A DNA stretch of 63,817 nucleotides, the filler included, from Lenisia limosa (taxonomy: Eukaryota; Protista; Breviatea), in the NCBI GenBank assembly GCA_001655205.1. It is 10 parts of 10 records of this genome, joined end to end, with 100 filler letters (N's around TTAATTAATTAA, not from the genome) between each part and the next. Parts side by side here need not be neighbours in the genome. Positions count along the whole stretch, not along the records: positions 60,375 to 63,817 come from LPNZ01008112.1; 9 more parts are not named here. One strand, given 5' to 3'. The notes beneath the pieces are model-generated. The model had not been told where the DNA came from. It searched no databases and saw only the letters and a list, made by a program, of their open reading frames with translations. Below are positions 62,525 through 63,817 of the stretch, piece after piece. The position numbers were made by a program, and so were the translations under genes. The number at the start of each line of letters is the position of its first letter. The stretch's first letter is position 1.

Positions 62525-63150
62525 ACTACCCGTAATACCTATCAGAGTTGGTGGAATTGCTTCACGAAAATGTGCAGAAGAGCAGGCACTACAAAATGGC
62601 CAATTAATCAGGAGGAAGCTAAACTGTTTGTCGCCTATATGGTTAAAAAGAAGCTTGCTAGCGGGACTATTAAAAGCTACCTGTCCTGAGTTGCAAGGAT
62701 TAGGTAAGGATTATACTCAGTTTCACAATTCAGCATTATCCACGACGGTACACATCCTTTTGAAAACGACACTCAAATCAAGCTCATCATGGACGGCGCA
62801 TGTAGAAAACAAAAGCCAGCATCACAAACAAGAGCAAAACCGCTCAAGCTCAAAACAATCAAGGCTCTAATCAAAACTGTCCCTATCGCTAATCAAGCAC
62901 TGGAAAGAGAAGACCAGGAAGCTGACCGTACCACGCTCCAAGTCTTCAGATACACCTTTCAAGATTGCAATCAAAAACAAAAGCACAATCAAAGACTTAT
63001 CAACTTTGAAAGGAAGAAATAAGAAGGGCTCACTTCTATTTGTTTGGCCAAACGAGCGTCCAGTGACAACCGCCAATTTTGAACGTCAGCTCCAAACTGA
63101 CATTTCCAGGTTAGAAGAAGCGGAAGATGACACATGGCTCTCATTCCGCC
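62525..63150 (+). mobile_element. Decayed DIRS-type tyrosine recombinase relic
   Basis: TTRNTYQSWWNCFTKMC...LFVAYMVKKKLASGTIKSYLS*VA...HPFENDTQIKLIMDG..RAKP (YR N-terminal binding domain), then LLFVWP..SFR matching the 32.2-kb copy. Confidence 0.75.
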
Positions 63151-63817
63151 TCAAGTAGGTTATTGGCTTGTTTTTTTTAGTATAAAAAAGAAGCGAATGA
63201 TGATAAAATTGTATAAAACTAAAGGCAGTTTGAGTGTCGGACCTATTATAGTGCAGGGAGAACAGCGAGGTCAGGCTAGAAAAGTTGAGGTTTGTTGTAG
63301 AATAAGACTTCCTTGGGCTGCCAGACACCTGTATCAAACGTTGAAGGAGCCTGCAACTGGATAGACTCGCCGAAGTAAACGGTTTCGCAGCTATTTACCG
63401 CCTCTTGCGTCAGGATTTTCAGATTAGATTGCCAATCGTTACCTCTGTCACAAGAAATTTGAGAATCTGTAACGAAAGCCTTGATGCTGTTGGTGGCAAA
63501 ACATTCAACCAAATAACGACACTCATCAGCAAGACAAACCCAGGCACCTTCAAAGAGTCCAACTGACATCTAATAGTGTAATTGCAAAAAAATTAAAAAT
63601 TACATTAAAAACACTAAAGTTTAACTTGACGCCATAGGGATATGTACCTACACTGTCACCATAAACATGTGTGCATTATCGTTGACATCATATTATGATA
63701 AACCACTTTTATATCTGTATTACACATACTATACAGTAGGACATGGTATCAAAATAGATCAATACAATGCTGCATGTGAAGATAATGTCATTCAAAAATC
63801 CACCCCCAGCATTCAGT

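Noticed and set aside
63276-63569. Minus-strand ORF with FVTDSQI as a DIRS RNase H
   Set aside because: It is on the opposite strand to the adjacent YR relic and the motif match is too weak.

Overview
This is eukaryotic genomic DNA from a very intron-rich organism, with exons mostly 20-200 bp and GT-AG introns. A protist, possibly amoebozoan, is inferred from gene content only. The scaffold is fragmented: nine artificial N-TTAATTAATTAA-N linkers and many N gaps, so adjacency across linkers is not evidence. Recognisable host genes are Nup54/57, Pam16, LETM1/Mdm38, a nucleolin/Nsr1-like protein, a GH13 alpha-amylase-like protein, an Rh ammonium transporter, an RNI-like LRR protein, a PF13796 'sensor'-like membrane protein, an ADCK1/ABC1 kinase and a formin-FH1-like polyproline segment. 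There are two tRNA genes, Phe(GAA) and Ser(GCT). Mobile DNA comprises a decayed DIRS/Ngaro-like tyrosine-recombinase (YR) retrotransposon, a second YR relic, a probable pogo-like transposon end, an intronless SET-domain ORF in an element-like contig, and three to four short interspersed repeat families (two with target-site duplications). The most unusual signal is that the YR retrotransposon appears to carry spliceosomal introns, and removing one of them would fuse Gag in frame to the RT ORF. All gene models were assembled by eye and outer boundaries are approximate.
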